Shown piece by piece: positions 1-14,265 of a stretch of DNA of 64,000 nucleotides. The notes below the pieces were generated by a model. That model did no database searches and was not told the DNA's origin. It was given only the letters and a program-made list of their open reading frames with translations. Source of the stretch: Phoronis australis (taxonomy: Eukaryota; Animalia; Phoronida); contig NMRA01000196.1 of NCBI GenBank assembly GCA_002633005.1, forward strand, positions 480,824-544,823. Direction: 5' to 3'. The first letter of the stretch is position 1. Every line of letters begins with the position of its first letter. Position numbers and translations under genes: made by a program.

Positions 1-3000
1 TTTTTTTTCTGTTAGTCCTCCCGATTTTTGTCAGGGAAAGGTTCACATTGTCCAGTTCTAGGCTGGTTATCGGGCGATGATTTGGGCCGTAAAAGTTTAA
101 AAGTTTCCGCGTTTTTTGTCATTGGTCATTCCAAGCCCTGATATTTTAAGGTTGTAACTTAATTGGCAGCACAGTTACACTTTTACTTTTTATACTTAAC
201 ACCTTATGAAACAGCATTGCATATTTACACGGATATTATGAATTTGATTTCTGCACCATAACTCTGGCTGAGAGTGCGATGCAAGGTTTCAAGTGGTGGT
301 TGAATAGAACTTCAAATGGTTAGCTGATTGACAAATATACCTTGTCAGTCAGTTAAAACCATAAGTGTTGAAATAGTTAAGGTTATGTGGCAGCTTGTCA
401 CCAAGTTCATGCATTAAGCCAAATATGTACAAAACTTTAGAATTTAACTTGGTAAAAAAACTTAAGTTTAGGTTTCCTGAAAGTAGAAAGCCTGGAGAAT
501 GTGATTTTTAGTTTTGTACCGATCCGTCAATAATTGATTCACATGACTATATCCTTTTAGAATTAGACAATAAAGAAAGGCACATTAATATCAAAACAAC
601 AGTGTCAATAAAATGACAAAATTTCTCTTTATATAAACGTTCATGGTATCATTTCGTTGATAGGCAACTTTTGAGTTTTTTAAGAGAAATCCTAAGAGTC
701 TTATTCTTTGATAGCCCTTCATATACAAGTGGATTGTTTTAAAAACAATTTTTAGGGAAAAGCGCAGTACAGTATTTGAGTCTGTCCAGCACTTAGCAAG
801 TGTTATTTGTTTTACTTTTCAGGTGGCAGCCTGCAATGCTGAAGCTCACAGGCTGGCTTCACTTATAAGGACTCGGCATCCATCTGTGATGTCTGATCTT
901 GTGTTGTCGCCATTAATCATGGTTCCTAACAATGTCACGGGTACAGTTAAAATGTCTGTGCTGAGGACTAGTCAAATTGTGAAAGTTCTGCCTACTTTAA
1001 CTAGTGGCCTACAGAGGGCACCAATGTCTAGGACTTTGTGGTTGATAGTGCTGATGGTGGCTGCATGTGCTCGGTGATTGTAAAGGTATATTTCACTGAA
1101 AGGGACGCTCAAGAAGTGCCACGGAATAAATTGCCTGAACATCAGAGAGATTGCTGCATTAGGAATGCGTGTGCAATTGTTTTAGCATCACAAAAATCGC
1201 ACCAAAGAAATTATCTAGTGGAAACAGACAGAAGCTGAAACTCTAGTCAAGACGTGTTGTGAATGCAAAGGATTGAAGGATGCTGGTGAGGAAACGTGAT
1301 AATTTTAAGGAAAATCATATATTTTTAATAACTCACAAAAGGCACCTGGCTGAAGCCGCAAGATATGATGTACGTGACAGGTGAAATTGTAAGCTGTCAA
1401 ATTTTTAGTAATTGATTTGACGTCTCACGTGCTGGAGAGCTCCCAGTGTCAAAGTAGTCCTCACTTGTTGATGCCTGTGTACTCCAAATTTTTAATAAAG
1501 TGTCCTCTAGTGATGGATTTGAAAACACTCGGTGGCACCTTCATTGGAAAGTATGGGTATCTTAAGAAATGTGTTAGTCACGAATTTCCTTTACAGTGCA
1601 AATGATGAATGATCGTTATGTTTCGTTTGCGGCGTTAGTAAAAATGTTCGAAGATAAGTTGCGACATGCCAAAATGTGCAAGTTTGTTTTCACCTTGATA
1701 TGGGTTAGTAATGTAGTTCATAAAAGCTTTAATGTTGATGAGTAATGTTAATGATGGTATAATTGATTGCCTGTTTGTTGATTGTTATATGTGTAAGAGA
1801 GCTATGTAATGGTAAATATATTGTTGGTAATTAATAGTCAAAACAACGTTAATATGAACCACTTTGACTTCTTGAGGTCGCTTGACTAGGATTGATCGTA
1901 TTTTGTTTCTTCACAACAAATATCATTTGTTTGTATTTATTGTATACTTAGATGGTCATTTTTGCCAACTTTTGGGCTTATTTCAGTCTGCTTTAGTTCT
2001 CTACTTTGTGTTTGTATGTTGCACCAGGGCTTGTCTCAGATGAAGTTTTCAAATTTTCTAGATTTAAGTCCTTGTTTGTGGCTGTGTGCTCTGTAACTCA
2101 GATTGCGTTCAGTGCACTTATAATTTAATACCATACTCTTCAGGGTTAATGCTTAGGCTGTCTCAATTGGGAAACTTGAAAATCAGGATGCAAGTCTGAG
2201 CATGAACGTTTCGTAACCAAATTTTTGAAGAGTCTGTGGTGGCTGTTTACTCAAAAGGTCTATCTCACACGAACGCTTAACGTTTTTTGCACAAAAGATT
2301 GATGATGTTCAAATGCAAATTAGCTCAAAAGGTGTCAAATATTCTTCAGTAATGAGTGGGTGCTCTTAAATGAATACTGTACATTTTAAATGAATACCAT
2401 ACATTGAGGGAGCTAAAATTCTAACTTTGTGAATCTGACATTCACAAGGGCACTTCTAGGTGCTTTTGAGAATGTCCTCATTATACTATTTTGGGGTGAG
2501 TGGTAATCCGAGCATGGGTATTTTAATGTGAAAATTAGGAAATTTTGTGGGTGGGCATCAATGGGGATCTAGGGCCTAACCCAGAGGAGTTTGGCATTTT
2601 GATTTTTCCACTTAATGTTTTCACCAGAGAATAAAATCTATGTGATAAATCAGGATTGATTTTAACTTCAAAAGATTCTTGGAATTGAATGTCTGTTAAA
2701 TTGCAGACTGTATTTCTCTGAGATGTCTATTGTTGCTTGTCTTATGTTCCAGAACAGGAGGCACTCTTGTTATATAATTGTAAATTGCTTAATTTGTGTA
2801 AGATAATTCAAGGACTACATTGTGCTCCCGTGGTGGACAATTCTAGAACCAGTAGTGTTGTTTTGTCCCTATATAATTTACATATATATATTGTAACTTT
2901 GTTTTCTGTTTTATGATTATTTATTACTGAAGGCAATAATTGTCTTGTTTTAACTCATAGTTTACTAAAAATGAGTGGCTGCATGCTTAGCATTTGCAGT

Positions 3001-4672
3001 ACTGGTTTTGCTCTTTCCTAACCCAAAAATAATGCACAGCAACGATGCATTAGAATCCTGCTTACAGTCAGACATAACGTTTGTGCATAGGGTTGGGTAT
3101 CACTGGTATGATAGGGATACTGACACAGTAAAGTGAACTTGGACATATTTGGTCTTCTAAAGTTGTAAGAGACTGAACTATAAATGGTGTGCTAATAGGA
3201 AATTGTATGCCCAATCTTTTAGAGGGGGAGCTTGAGTTCGACTTCATTTTGCGGAAGATTCAGGTTATAGTTGACTAAATTGAAATAAGTAAAGCATGAA
3301 ACTTTTGTATCAGCCCCTCTTGCAATTTTCAAGGCTTGATTTTTTCACCAAGTCCTTTTTTGCATATTGTACTGTCAGTATCGGGTACACTACTGACAAG
3401 GACAACATGTGCCCAACCCTATATATGCTGTATTTTAAGAGTCTGGTTTTAATAGTCACTTGTATGGAAATACAACGGTAAACGAATTGATAGAATAATT
3501 GGAAATTTTCTTACTTTTAACTGAAAGTGCAATTTTATTTAAAAGCCGAAAATTGTTCTCAAAGAAATTATTGAAAGATTATTGGAGTCTGTCATTTTTC
3601 ATGATCATCGCTGTCTCTTAATAGGTAGTTTTCTAGTCTAGTCATGCTCTGATTTTTCGTCCGCCATGTTTTTTATTCGTGCGTTTGATACTGTTAATGA
3701 ATATGTTTGTGTTGTACATAAATCTCGTTAATATAAACATTTTTCATTTATTATACGTTCTTCATTGACTTTTACATTCTCCGAGGCTGCCTTTTGGGGC
3801 AAATTTGTGTGTGCTCTAATAAAACAGGTAACTGGTGTGAATATGTGTTATGCTGCGTGCCGGAGTGCCCTCTGATTGCCTTCTTGTCACCCGACATGGC
3901 TTTTGCTCCAGTAGACACCCATAGGGACCACATAGCGGACCTAGAAATTCTTCGTGGTATAAGGTTTCTGATTACTTTATATTTAGGTAGCCCCACCTGA
4001 ATCATTTTAGCCGAGCTGTAATCTTGACAACCTTGAACATTTTTGATAATATTTTTAATTGCAGTCTTCGAAGCGACCGTCTCGCTACCCCTTTGCGTCA
4101 AGTTGTCATTACCTTGATTCATAAAGACAAGAAACAAAGCCTTGAATATATTGGATACCGATTTTTTACTAAATTCGAGTTAAGTTATCAGCATGTATTT
4201 CCCAAAGGATAAAATCTGTCTTAAATGTTCATCCTAATTAAACTGGGTTTTCTCCCCGGTCGTTTTATCCAATCGGACAGAGAACACCGGTGATCTTTGA
4301 TATCTTACAATATACTCTAGTCAAGGATATTCCCGCCGGACTTCACTTCGAAAAGCCTTTGATTCTTTGTCCTGGAGATTAAGAAAGTTCTACACTATTT
4401 CATTCTTTAAAGGCGAAGGCAACCTTTTTTCGTGTCATTTTGAGCTAAAAGGTTGGTTGGTTATCCTAGACATATTTTCCACTTAATTACAACTTTTCGT
4501 AATTTTGTTAATTACTCGTACGCTATTCCGGAAGTGACGTTTTAGGAGGCAAGCATTTCACGCCAATTTCTTTTCATATAGTCTGACTGTGAGAGCTGCC
4601 GAGTCAGTCATTGTTCTACCTCGGTTGTGTTAAGTTACGTCGTCGTTTGCTTTCGTTTACTAGTCAGTCAAC

Positions 4673-5430
4673 ATGCCACACTGTTGCTGCGTACCGGGAT
4701 GTACTAATTATCGTCTCACAAGCGCTTTGGGAGTACCTTAGCATCGCTTTCCGATGGATGACACACTTCGCCGTACTTGGCTCGTTCGTGTGAAGAACGC
4801 AGCGTAACCCGTCCACGCAACGTACAAAGCAGTCGAGAATTACCGTGGGTGTGGCAAGCACTTTCTGCCGTCCGATTACGAAAGGGTTTTGTACGCTGAA
4901 CTGATGAAGGCCCCTGCGAAACAACGCCTGAAGAAGGATGCCATTCCGTTTAGTGTTGATTCCCGGCAGTGCCCCGTCGCCACACCCGAGAAGTGCGTTT
5001 TTGAAGAGAGAAGCCTCGCGAGCTGTGGCCAGTACAGTGAATGGAGCTAGTGTAGGCACTTCATCGACTGTCACCCGTGCATCCGAACGTACCCCAGAGC
5101 GTGCCATTCCTGGAACCAGTAGTGATTCGCCCTGCGCTGTTTTCTCCAGCCCAGAGCCTCTAAGCAGCCCTGCTGCGATATTGAGTAGTGGGAGTGATTA
5201 CAGCCGGGCCCAGTTCGACACTCAGTGAAGAGGACAGTTCGTCGTCCAATGAACAGATCGGTGAGCCAAACTTTGATGAGTTTATTGTGGACTTGTCTAA
5301 AGTGTTGGAGCTATTTAGAAGGTGCCAGGTGTGTGGCGAGGGAGTCACACGACACCGTGTAAGCAGTTTGGGTGCTCAGGTCACCATCCAGTGGGAGTGT
5401 GTCGCGGGACACTCTGGCAACTAGTGGGAC
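4673..5430 (+). pseudogene. Kolobok transposase N-terminal fragment (THAP domain + zinc ribbon)
   Basis: MPHCCCVPGCTN...HRFP...RRTW...CGKHF...RLKKDAIP (THAP C2CH signature, two in-frame stops), then LELFRRCQVCG...WECVAGH. No DDE core. Confidence 0.85.
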
Positions 5431-5663
5431 AGTTGTTCCTCTGTCCGTGGTATGCCGGAGGTCCACTTAACCGTGTCCAGTAGTGGCTTGGCCTCGTCGA
5501 ACTCTGAACAGCACAAGCATTCCATTGAGGTAGGCATAATAACGCACACAGTGCATTTGCACCAAGATGTGTCACCACGTCTGTCCTCAGTAGCCGCCTC
5601 GTTTCTCTCAACAGCTGCCTGTGCCTGAGCGTACTCTGCCTCGTTATACTCGGGCTCAAACAT
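5421..5663 (-). pseudogene. KolX accessory protein fragment (P2X7 C-terminal 'ballast'-like Cys-rich domain)
   Basis: YMFEPEY...WCKCTVCVIMPTSMECLCCSE motif, truncated at the internal deletion (~5465). Confidence 0.8.
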
Positions 5664-8600
5664 GTACCCACTGAATGTCCGTGAAAAAATTCCTCGTCAC
5701 CACTGCTGTGAACAAGGTCTCCGTCACTCACACTACTGTCACTAGCTGTGATACGGGGCACCGACTCCAGCCATTTTCAGCTTACAACACACTAAACAAT
5801 CCCTAAATCCAACGTAGTCGAGTTCTCTACTAACCTATCTTGCCGCAGAATACTCGCCGATGGAAAGTGGTGGCGACAATTGTTGAAAAACAGCACAAAA
5901 CAAAAGTAGAATAGAACAGATTCGCACGGTAAACTCAACGCAAAACCAAGTGGCGGGAAACGCTTGCCTCCTAAAACGTCACTTCCGGTGTAGAGGACGA
6001 GTAATTAATAAAATTACGAAAAGCTGTAATTAAGTGGAAAATATGTCTAGGATAACCAACCAAACTTATTTTAGTTCAAAATGACATGAAAAAAGGTTGC
6101 CTTCGCCTCGAGTCTTTGGTTCACATTACTCTATGAAAGTTCAACTTTCGGACATTCAGTATGGCTTTACATCTAACTATATTAACATTTGCTGAGGTTG
6201 CAGACAAGGAGATAGTCTCCAGAAAGACCAAGGTACATCAAACTGAAGATGGAGGTCATTTGTTAAATCTATTAAAACTGACTTGGATTAGGAGATTCTT
6301 CAAAAATAATCATGACAATGCTTTGCTAAGGCTAAATATTTTAAGCAAAACTATTCTAATGTAAACAATGGTTTCTTCAATTGGGGCCTTGTTTTTTTTC
6401 TTTCAAATAGCTGGTCGTATTCAGAATATTTTTGGAAGGATATACCAATTGATGAGTCTCTGTGATGTAGATGACCATTTGTGCCAACCTTTGTGGTATA
6501 ACCCTATAATTTGCATAGACAGTATTCAAAATTTTTGTAACGACTGGTTTCGATACGTATATGACTTAATTGACCTGACGAAGGCTACATTTGTGACTGT
6601 CATACCTTTAGTACACGTTTTCAATTTTGCCCTTGTATTACGCATTTCTATGGAATTCGAAGTTCAATACTTCGTTCTTGGAATCGTCTGAGAGACAAGA
6701 GTAATATAGTCACTCCATTTTTCCTAAACATATTTTTCGAACCTCCTTCTAAAATAAAGGAACTGGGAAAATCTATAATCGATTATTTATTTCCAATTTT
6801 ATGTCAAACCTGTCGCAGAATTGGAGTGGAAGAGAGATATTAACTGGCACGGTGATACTCGCTCTTGGAAAGAAATTCATTCTGTAATTTACCATTCTAC
6901 TTAAGATGTCAGACTCAAGTGGTTTCAATTCCGTGTCAACCACAGATTTATAGGTACAAACTCTTAAAGAAAATAGATGTTCGCCAGTCGTATTTGTGTT
7001 CTTTCTGTGAGCATCACGAAGAAACAATTAAGCAATTTTAAATTTCTACTCAGTGGAAACGCTCACGTGTTCATGATTTTTGGAGTTGTTTAGAAACATG
7101 GATGATAAATCAATACGATGTCCCATCTACCGCCGATTTTGGCGATCGTAAACTTAATTTTTTGCTTAGCGAAATTTCATTTCTATAGGCAAAAAAGGGC
7201 AAATTCAATTTTCAGACATTTTTACGGGAGGTTTGTAATTACCATAACCTGGAAAAATATTTATTATTATATAAATTGGCGCCTAAGATATTTCAGGCAA
7301 GGTGGTCGCATAGTAATCTGTTTTATAGGTTCGATAGTCTTTTAATTTCTTATATGTACTTGATTAGACTTCGTATTGCTGTATATGTACATGTATGTAC
7401 TTGTTGGCTGACTTCATAAATGTTTGCATAATTTATGCAAATTAAGGCCACCATTATTTAGACTTTTACTTGCAACAGGCATAAAAAGTACCACAGATCA
7501 GTGGTTTTAATATTTTGTCCCGTGGTCAATTAACTATATAAAATCGGTTTGCACTCTGTTACATGATAAATTTGCACCATTTAAGCAAATAACGGCAACC
7601 ATTATCCAAAATTACGTTTCTGTTCGAAACTGCTTTAGGGAGTACTTTGCGTAGATCATCTTGACATTTGCGGCACCAATGTTTTCGACAGATGTTCACG
7701 TAAATCAAAGAAATGTAATTGATTACGAGGTTTCCAAAATGTAATTCATCCTAGTCTTTCCACGAAGGACAATGTTCTGCTAATTGCACAGTATCATGTT
7801 ATCAAAGTATCCGCCTCTTGTAAGGTCAGTTACGATCCCCTTAACTGCAGTCCTGGACCAGCAGCCACCAAATCCCCAGATTCACATCCCTAAACTCGAC
7901 TCAGACACCGAAAATGCTCCATAAACAATGACAAAGTTCAGGGGAACAGATTCCAAGTTCATGCCGCTATATTCTAGCTGCGAATTAGTGGTACTGGGCT
8001 ACGGCCATGGAATCTAGAAGTCTTTGTTAATGGTCATGATGTATTGAACCCTTTCGGTGCGTGTGTGGAGTTCAGGGATGCAAATCTGGGGTGTGCTGTA
8101 CCCACTTGCTTAGTGCCTCTTCTTGTCCGGACATGGAGTTCACGAGATCGTTGCTGGGTTTTAGAGGTGGTATATCGTTAAATTGTTTCCACACCTCAAT
8201 TATGTAAGCAGTAAGATCATTACGGCAGTTAGTTCAATTACAATAATTTATGCAGCAACATATTGGAGTAGTCCCAGTGTCAGCAAATTAATTAGTTTAA
8301 TGAAAAATCTTGGCAAAGATGCGATTTGTTTCATGTACCATTCATTACGTAAAAGATCATTATTACGTAAAGAGATGTTTGTGCCTCTCTAGTATTTTTA
8401 CTTTATTTGCTGTAATTGAACTTTGGGCCCATGACCTTGAATACTTGTAATGACTGATACAATCAAAAGACTTCTGGATGAGTGACATGATGGCTTGTGA
8501 ATTGTGTGTAATTCCATGATTCACCGGGAGGTACCTCCCTATATTTTTAAATGTTTGTTGAAACGAGAACAATATAGCCATGACTTTTTGATAACATTTT

Positions 8601-9279
8601 TTGTTATGATTTTCAATTTTCAATGAAGACAATTTCCGTGGCAGGCAGTGGTGACTTCTGCACTTCCGTTTATCATACTCATGCCAGCTAGTAAATCTCG
8701 TTTATTCTATCATTTTTTTCTGTGAAACTGGAGAATTCAACTCTAGATTTGAAACTACTGGATTTCAAGAACGTTTTCATTCTGATGAACGCAATAATAT
8801 AATGTCTACAGCAAGCTGTGATATTTTTCAACTCTTCCAAGATTTTAACAGCCTTATAATGCAGTATTATACAATAGACAATCTATAAAATACATTTCTA
8901 CTTGAAATTGCAATAAGTTTATGTGTTCAGTTAAATTTCGTTGTTTTATTCTTTTCTGTTTGCACGTCTTTAGCAACATTACTTGTATTCTAACATGGGT
9001 AATAAACGTTAAACCTCTGTGTTACATTTTGGTTCCCTTTTAAGATTCATGGCCTCAAACAGTTACTAATAGCAATCGTACTTGCCAACAAACCCACTTT
9101 TGGCAGGCAACTTCACAAGAGTAGGTCAATTATGAGGCTGGTTCCGGCGTGTTACTTAAATCATCACTGTTCGAAATCAGAGGGAAAGCTGAAACGTGAA
9201 CATATTAATTGAGACTCGTAATTTGGCCGTCCGTTGTAATGGTAATCCAACTTACGGAGGAACGAGCTCACGCCGGGAT

Positions 9280-10990
9280 GATCTAGCTGCAAATTTCGGA
9301 CAGAAAAATAGAGAAATGAGTTCATCATTTTTCGCAAATGTCACGCATCCTGAATTTTTACTGAAGAATGTAAATGTAAACGGCATCAAAGGTCCAATTA
9401 ATGTATAAAGACGAATAATTTCAGATGAATGTCTGGCTATATTCTTCACAGCAACTGCGAGGAGTTCATATTCAATAATATGTTGCCTTTACAGTATCCG
9501 CAAGCATTCTTTTGTATCATTGAAACTTTTCCTGCTAGGTTAATAAGTCATTTATAACCCGTTCAATAGCTAAATCAAGGAAAAACCAATTCCATCGCAT
9601 TTATAACCTCTCTGGTTCATTTGACTTTTATGTTTCTATAATTACTCCTTGAATTACTCTTAATTAGTTGAATAAATTTAACCAACCAATAAGTACATGA
9701 AGGGTTTCATTATTACACTCTGTCGTTACTTTTTGCATTTTGGTAACACTTTTGTTTTGGAATTAAGGAATATTCTTAAACCTGTCATGTTTGCAGAATG
9801 AAGTAAATTATATGACTTTTGCTTTTGGTTCAACTATACACCATCAAGAGCTGATGAAGGTCTTTCTAATGATAGGACTCTTATGCTATTCGGTTGAAAA
9901 ACGGCAAAGTAGCAAAAAACTTTAGCGACAATAAAGAAGTGGACATTTTTCTCATTGGCCTACTATTAAAACATATTTCATTTCTCTTAAGAAAATAATG
10001 TTGCCAGTGACGTTGAGAGGGGGATAGGGTGCCACAGCCCCGGGGTCCGTGTGCGTCAATGGGCTCTCCGGCGAAGTAAAAAAGACAAGAAAGGCACAAT
10101 AAAAAACGCCCAAGGATTTGGACAAAGGGTTTGGACAAAGATGAAGTATCTACATTCAGAACTAGATGTCATAAGAAGAATCTCTTTCCCAATTTATGAC
10201 TCTAACCAATTATCCTGCAGTCGATAATGGTGAAAAGTTGAAACAAAATGTCACGCCCTATGTTTGCAGTGCATTTTCATAAGCCTTTTCGATTAAAATG
10301 ATTTTTTGAGAAATTGCATTTTAAAAATCTGTAGAATTTAGGCTGACTGTCCTATGGAGATTATAATCTCTCTCTATCGCACCAGTTCTCGTAACTCTGA
10401 GCAATGGTTCATGGAAAGCCTATACTGCAACTTATGTATTGATCTAGCCACAGTACATTTCAAAGATGCGCAACAGATGGTTGCTCGCTTTATAACTATC
10501 CCAAAGCCTTGATCTGCAAATTTAGTACAGGTAGTTAGGTAATTAGCTTATCACATTTCGTGTAAACGTCACTGCATCCGGAACTTTTGCTGAAGAATGG
10601 CAGCAAAGGCCCAATTAATATATAATTTCTGATGAATGCCAGTCAATTCTTTACAGCAACTGTGAAGTATCCATATTCTAAATTATTTGTCTTGATAGGA
10701 TATAAATCTTTTGAATCATTGAAATTATTTCCCACCTCGCTGATTCAATTCCCTTTTCTGTTACTATTGCACACTGTTATTTTTCGCATTTTGGTAACAC
10801 TCTTAGTTTTTAAAATTAGCAATATTTTTTTTAACGTGACAGGTAGGCGAAATGATAGTTATCTATGAACTGAATTATTTATTTTTTTGCTTTTAATATA
10901 ATCATACAACCTCAAGAACTGATGAAGGGCTTTCTAATGATGATACGACTTTTACCGCAATTCGTTTGAAAAGCAGCGGTGGTGCGAAAA
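9280..10990. repeat. Old diverged direct duplication (~9280-9920 vs ~10510-10990)
   Basis: Shared blocks: ctgaagaatg, aaagg.ccaattaat, cagcaactg, gcattttggtaacact, tcaaga.ctgatgaagg.ctttctaatgat. Confidence 0.7.
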
Positions 10991-11948
10991 GTTTTAGGTT
11001 AAGTAAATTCTATAGCATTCGAACCACATTGCGATAAACGAATGCAAATAAATTCGACGCATGTGTGGTGCAATCTCGGCAAACGCGACCCAGTCTCTCA
11101 ATAATTTTTACGCTCGCAGCGTATTGTTGAGCCTGTCCGACGATATTAAATTACCTGGGGGATAAAACCGAACTGAGTTGAGCTGTCTCAAACATCCAAT
11201 ATGAACTCGAGGTTTGAGTTTATTATTTTCTTATTACATGAATCCCTCCTAATTCAACATTAACTTTAATCAATTTTCAGCGCATAATTTTTCGTTTCAA
11301 ATATTGTTTGAGACTTGACACTGCCAGGCTTTCTTTTCAAGGAGTAAAAGCCGCGGACGACGTCTGGAAGAACAAGTTTGTGATCTGTGTTTCAATCAAA
11401 ATACGTTACATGTCATACCTAGCTCGCTAAATGTGGCAGAGAGTCTAGAAGGAGTTTGTTTCCAGGGCTAGGGTTCTATGCTTGAAATATGGAGCACGAG
11501 TTCTCGAAAACAGCTGGGTGCAATTCATTGAAACTTTTCAAGTTTACTATCTATCTGTCATTTTCAACGAGAGTAACGCAGAGCGTTGAAATGCTCTCAC
11601 GACTGCAATGCAAACGGTGTGCTTCCAGTGGTATTTTTAGTATCATAAAAACGGCCATTAGATGGCGCAAAATACGTCAAACACGTCCAAAATTAGGGAA
11701 AGCGCCGTCCTCTCTCTATTACAAAACTATTTGTCAAACTTGTTTCATGAAAATCTTCGAAGAAACTCCAATGTTACAGAGGCAGACGTAAAAAAACAAA
11801 TTGTTCTTGGAAGGAACAGCGGTAGTTGAATCCGCCTGTCTGTTGGCATTTTACATGTAATAGGAACAGACTTGCCAAATTGCAAAAAAATAAAATTGCT
11901 ACTGGGGGTATAGCGGTAGTCAGAGCCGTCCGAAAAGTCATGGGGAGC

Positions 11949-12107
11949 CAGTGGCGGATTTAGAGGGGGCCAAGGGGGCCATGGCGCCCCCTAAAATTCT
12001 CCCAGTTTACATTTGTCAGATGGGGAGTGCGAATGTCTGACGGGCAAAATCCTGGGTAAAAACTCTGCCATGCCCGCCCCTAACTCAAAACCCTGGATCT
12101 GCGCTTG
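11949..12107. mobile_element. Short GC-rich MITE
   Basis: CAGTGGCGGAT...CTGGATCTGCGCTTG imperfect TIRs; GGAGC duplicated on both flanks (11944-11948, 12108-12112). Confidence 0.6.
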
Positions 12108-14096
12108 GGAGCCATTGTTACATTTATAGGAAAGCACCTGCAAAAGTTCGCAAACATCATGCAAAGGAATCAGGAGCTGCAGCCGTGGTAGCAAAAATGA
12201 AAAATCACCACTGGGGTACGCCACAGGTGTGAGATCCATCCGCAAATCAACGTTAGCCAAGGTCTTCTCATCAAGAGCACAACTGGTGCGATTGCCGTTT
12301 GGCAGACTATGAGGCGGCGGAAGCTAAAAATGAACTCGAAAAAATAAAATTTCACTACAAGGCGCAAAATACATTGAATCAGTCTGAAAATGAAAAGGCA
12401 TAATTGTTGTCTTGATAAAAACCTATTTGTCAAATTTCAGATAAATCCATCACTAAGCTCCAGAGATACGGAGGCAAACGTAAAACCAAAACCTGCGACC
12501 AGGAGACACACCGTCAGAGTGGTCTGAAACATTTCGTCATCTGTTATCATCTCCATATTAACATATCTGCCAAATTCGCAAAGATCCCCCAAAGAAATAA
12601 GGAGATACAGCCATGGACGCAAAAAAAACGAAAATTGCCACCAGGGGTCACAACAGTAATCGAACCCGTCCGAAAGTCAGTGTCTGCCGCGGTCTTCTCA
12701 TTAGGAACACATCTGAAATCTTTCATAATGACTTTTTTAAAAGCTGTTTGGAGGATATGAAGGCGGACATCACACACGTACAAAATACGTCAAATCCGTA
12801 CGAAATGGGAAGGCGTCATCGTCTCTTTAACAAAAACGCGGCTTTGCGATAAATTTCATCAGTGAATATTCATCATGGAAATACCTGAGAAGATACAGAG
12901 GCAAAAGTAAACAATTAAATTGCAGGGACAGAGCGGTAGTCGGTTCGGTCCGAAACTTGTCGTTGTCAGCTGTCGTCAGCTTCATAGGAACACATCTGCC
13001 AAATATCATTATGATCCTGCCCAGACGACCCGGCGGACGCCCAAACGCCCGGACACCCGTACACCGGACGCCGGACTCACAAACAGAGATGACGGCAATA
13101 TGCACCCACATATAATTCTCATTGAACGCCAAACTATTTTCCGTATTGCGGCGCAACACATCTAGAGTCCCGTGTGTTCGAATAGTAGACGTCCAACATT
13201 CATACATATACTGTAACACCAAAAGGAGACAACTTTTTTAAAACGATCACAGGCATTTATTTTCTGTACTTCGTCCGTCCATGGTCATCTCAGGAGTGAC
13301 TTAAGTACTAAGAAAGGCAACAGAACCCACCAGGAAGACATACATATAGGTGAGAAAACAACACAAAAGTAACACAGTGGAATGCCAAGCCTACACAAGT
13401 GTGAAACCAAATAGAGAAGACTAGAGAGACACCTACCGAACTGCAGGCGACACTAAAATAATTCAGGGATGCTCGTCTGACCAGTGTCTTGGCAATTTAT
13501 TAAGGGATGCCGTTTTAATTATTACAGCCTCCAAGATCTTAAGACGATAATGGTCAGCTTACACTAATGTTATATAATTATATGGTCGCATAAAACACTG
13601 TCAGGATTTTTAAAGGCCGAGTTCTATTGTACGTGCCATAGACGAATACGACCGCTGCATTTCAAAATGCGTTAGGTTTGGCGAGTTAATTTGGGGTAGA
13701 AACTAAACTAAATGAGTAATCGAAAATTTCTAACAGCGTTTTTGAGAGATATCTACATGTAAAAGTGTTCATTTAAAAAAGGTGTATTTGTGCTTTGAAT
13801 GTAAATTTGTTAAAATGAAAAATTTGATTTACTAAAAAGGTAATAACAATAACACGTAACACTAAAGGATATCTTCTTTCAGAAAATATATTAATTTACT
13901 AGTTGACACAGTTTAGTTTTTCTGGTATTTTACTTTGAATTAACATTCAAGGTGGTGGAATATACATAGTTGTGGTGTATAGGTGCACTGCGCAAGCAGT
14001 TTCAACTCCACCTGGCTCGGTCATGCGGGATATGCACATTAGTACAGCAGCTACATATATCCACCTGCAATATTGAGGTTTCATTAACTGAGAAAT

Positions 14097-14265
14097 ATGC
14101 TGAGACAACTCTTGCAAAAATGCCGTGTAAGACTTCTGTTTTTTGTAGCCGTTTCGACTATTCTTACAATGGTTCGAACCAATTTTATGTGGTGGCATCT
14201 CCTCCCCACTGTGCGCCACCAAGAGAGAGTGAAAAAACACAACTGCGGAGCACAATGTCAAAAAG
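14097..14265 (+). CDS. Copy 1 exon 1 (cytoplasmic tail + signal anchor + stem)
   Basis: MLRQLLQKCRVRLLFFVAVSTILTMV...CQK; donor G|GTACGT, phase 1; same length in copy 2. Confidence 0.8.

Larger units (their letters stand above)
4411..6108 (+). mobile_element. Internally deleted Kolobok DNA transposon
   Basis: ~150-bp imperfect TIRs (AGGCGAAGGCAACCTTTTTT...AAAAAAGGTTGCCTTCGCCT); TTAA at left flank (4407-4410); THAP transposase N-terminus on + and convergent KolX on -. Confidence 0.88.
4024..7300 (+). mobile_element. Degenerate L1/Tx1-like LINE ORF2 remnant, interrupted by a Kolobok element at 4411-6108
   Basis: Frame-broken motifs: VITLIHK, VHPN*TGF..GRFI, FEKAFDSLSW-like (4340-4380); after 6110 LK.TWIRR, QPLWYNP, FR.NHRF.GTN and a CSFCEHHEETI zinc-knuckle remnant (~7000). 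Confidence 0.75.

Noticed and set aside
823-1380. Exon-like segment after a strong acceptor (TTTTACTTTTCAG)
   Set aside because: No recognisable protein in any frame, several stops, and no partner exons identified.
9848-9885. CTGATGAAGG motif (also at ~10919)
   Set aside because: No GAAA or stem III follows; at most a decayed relic.
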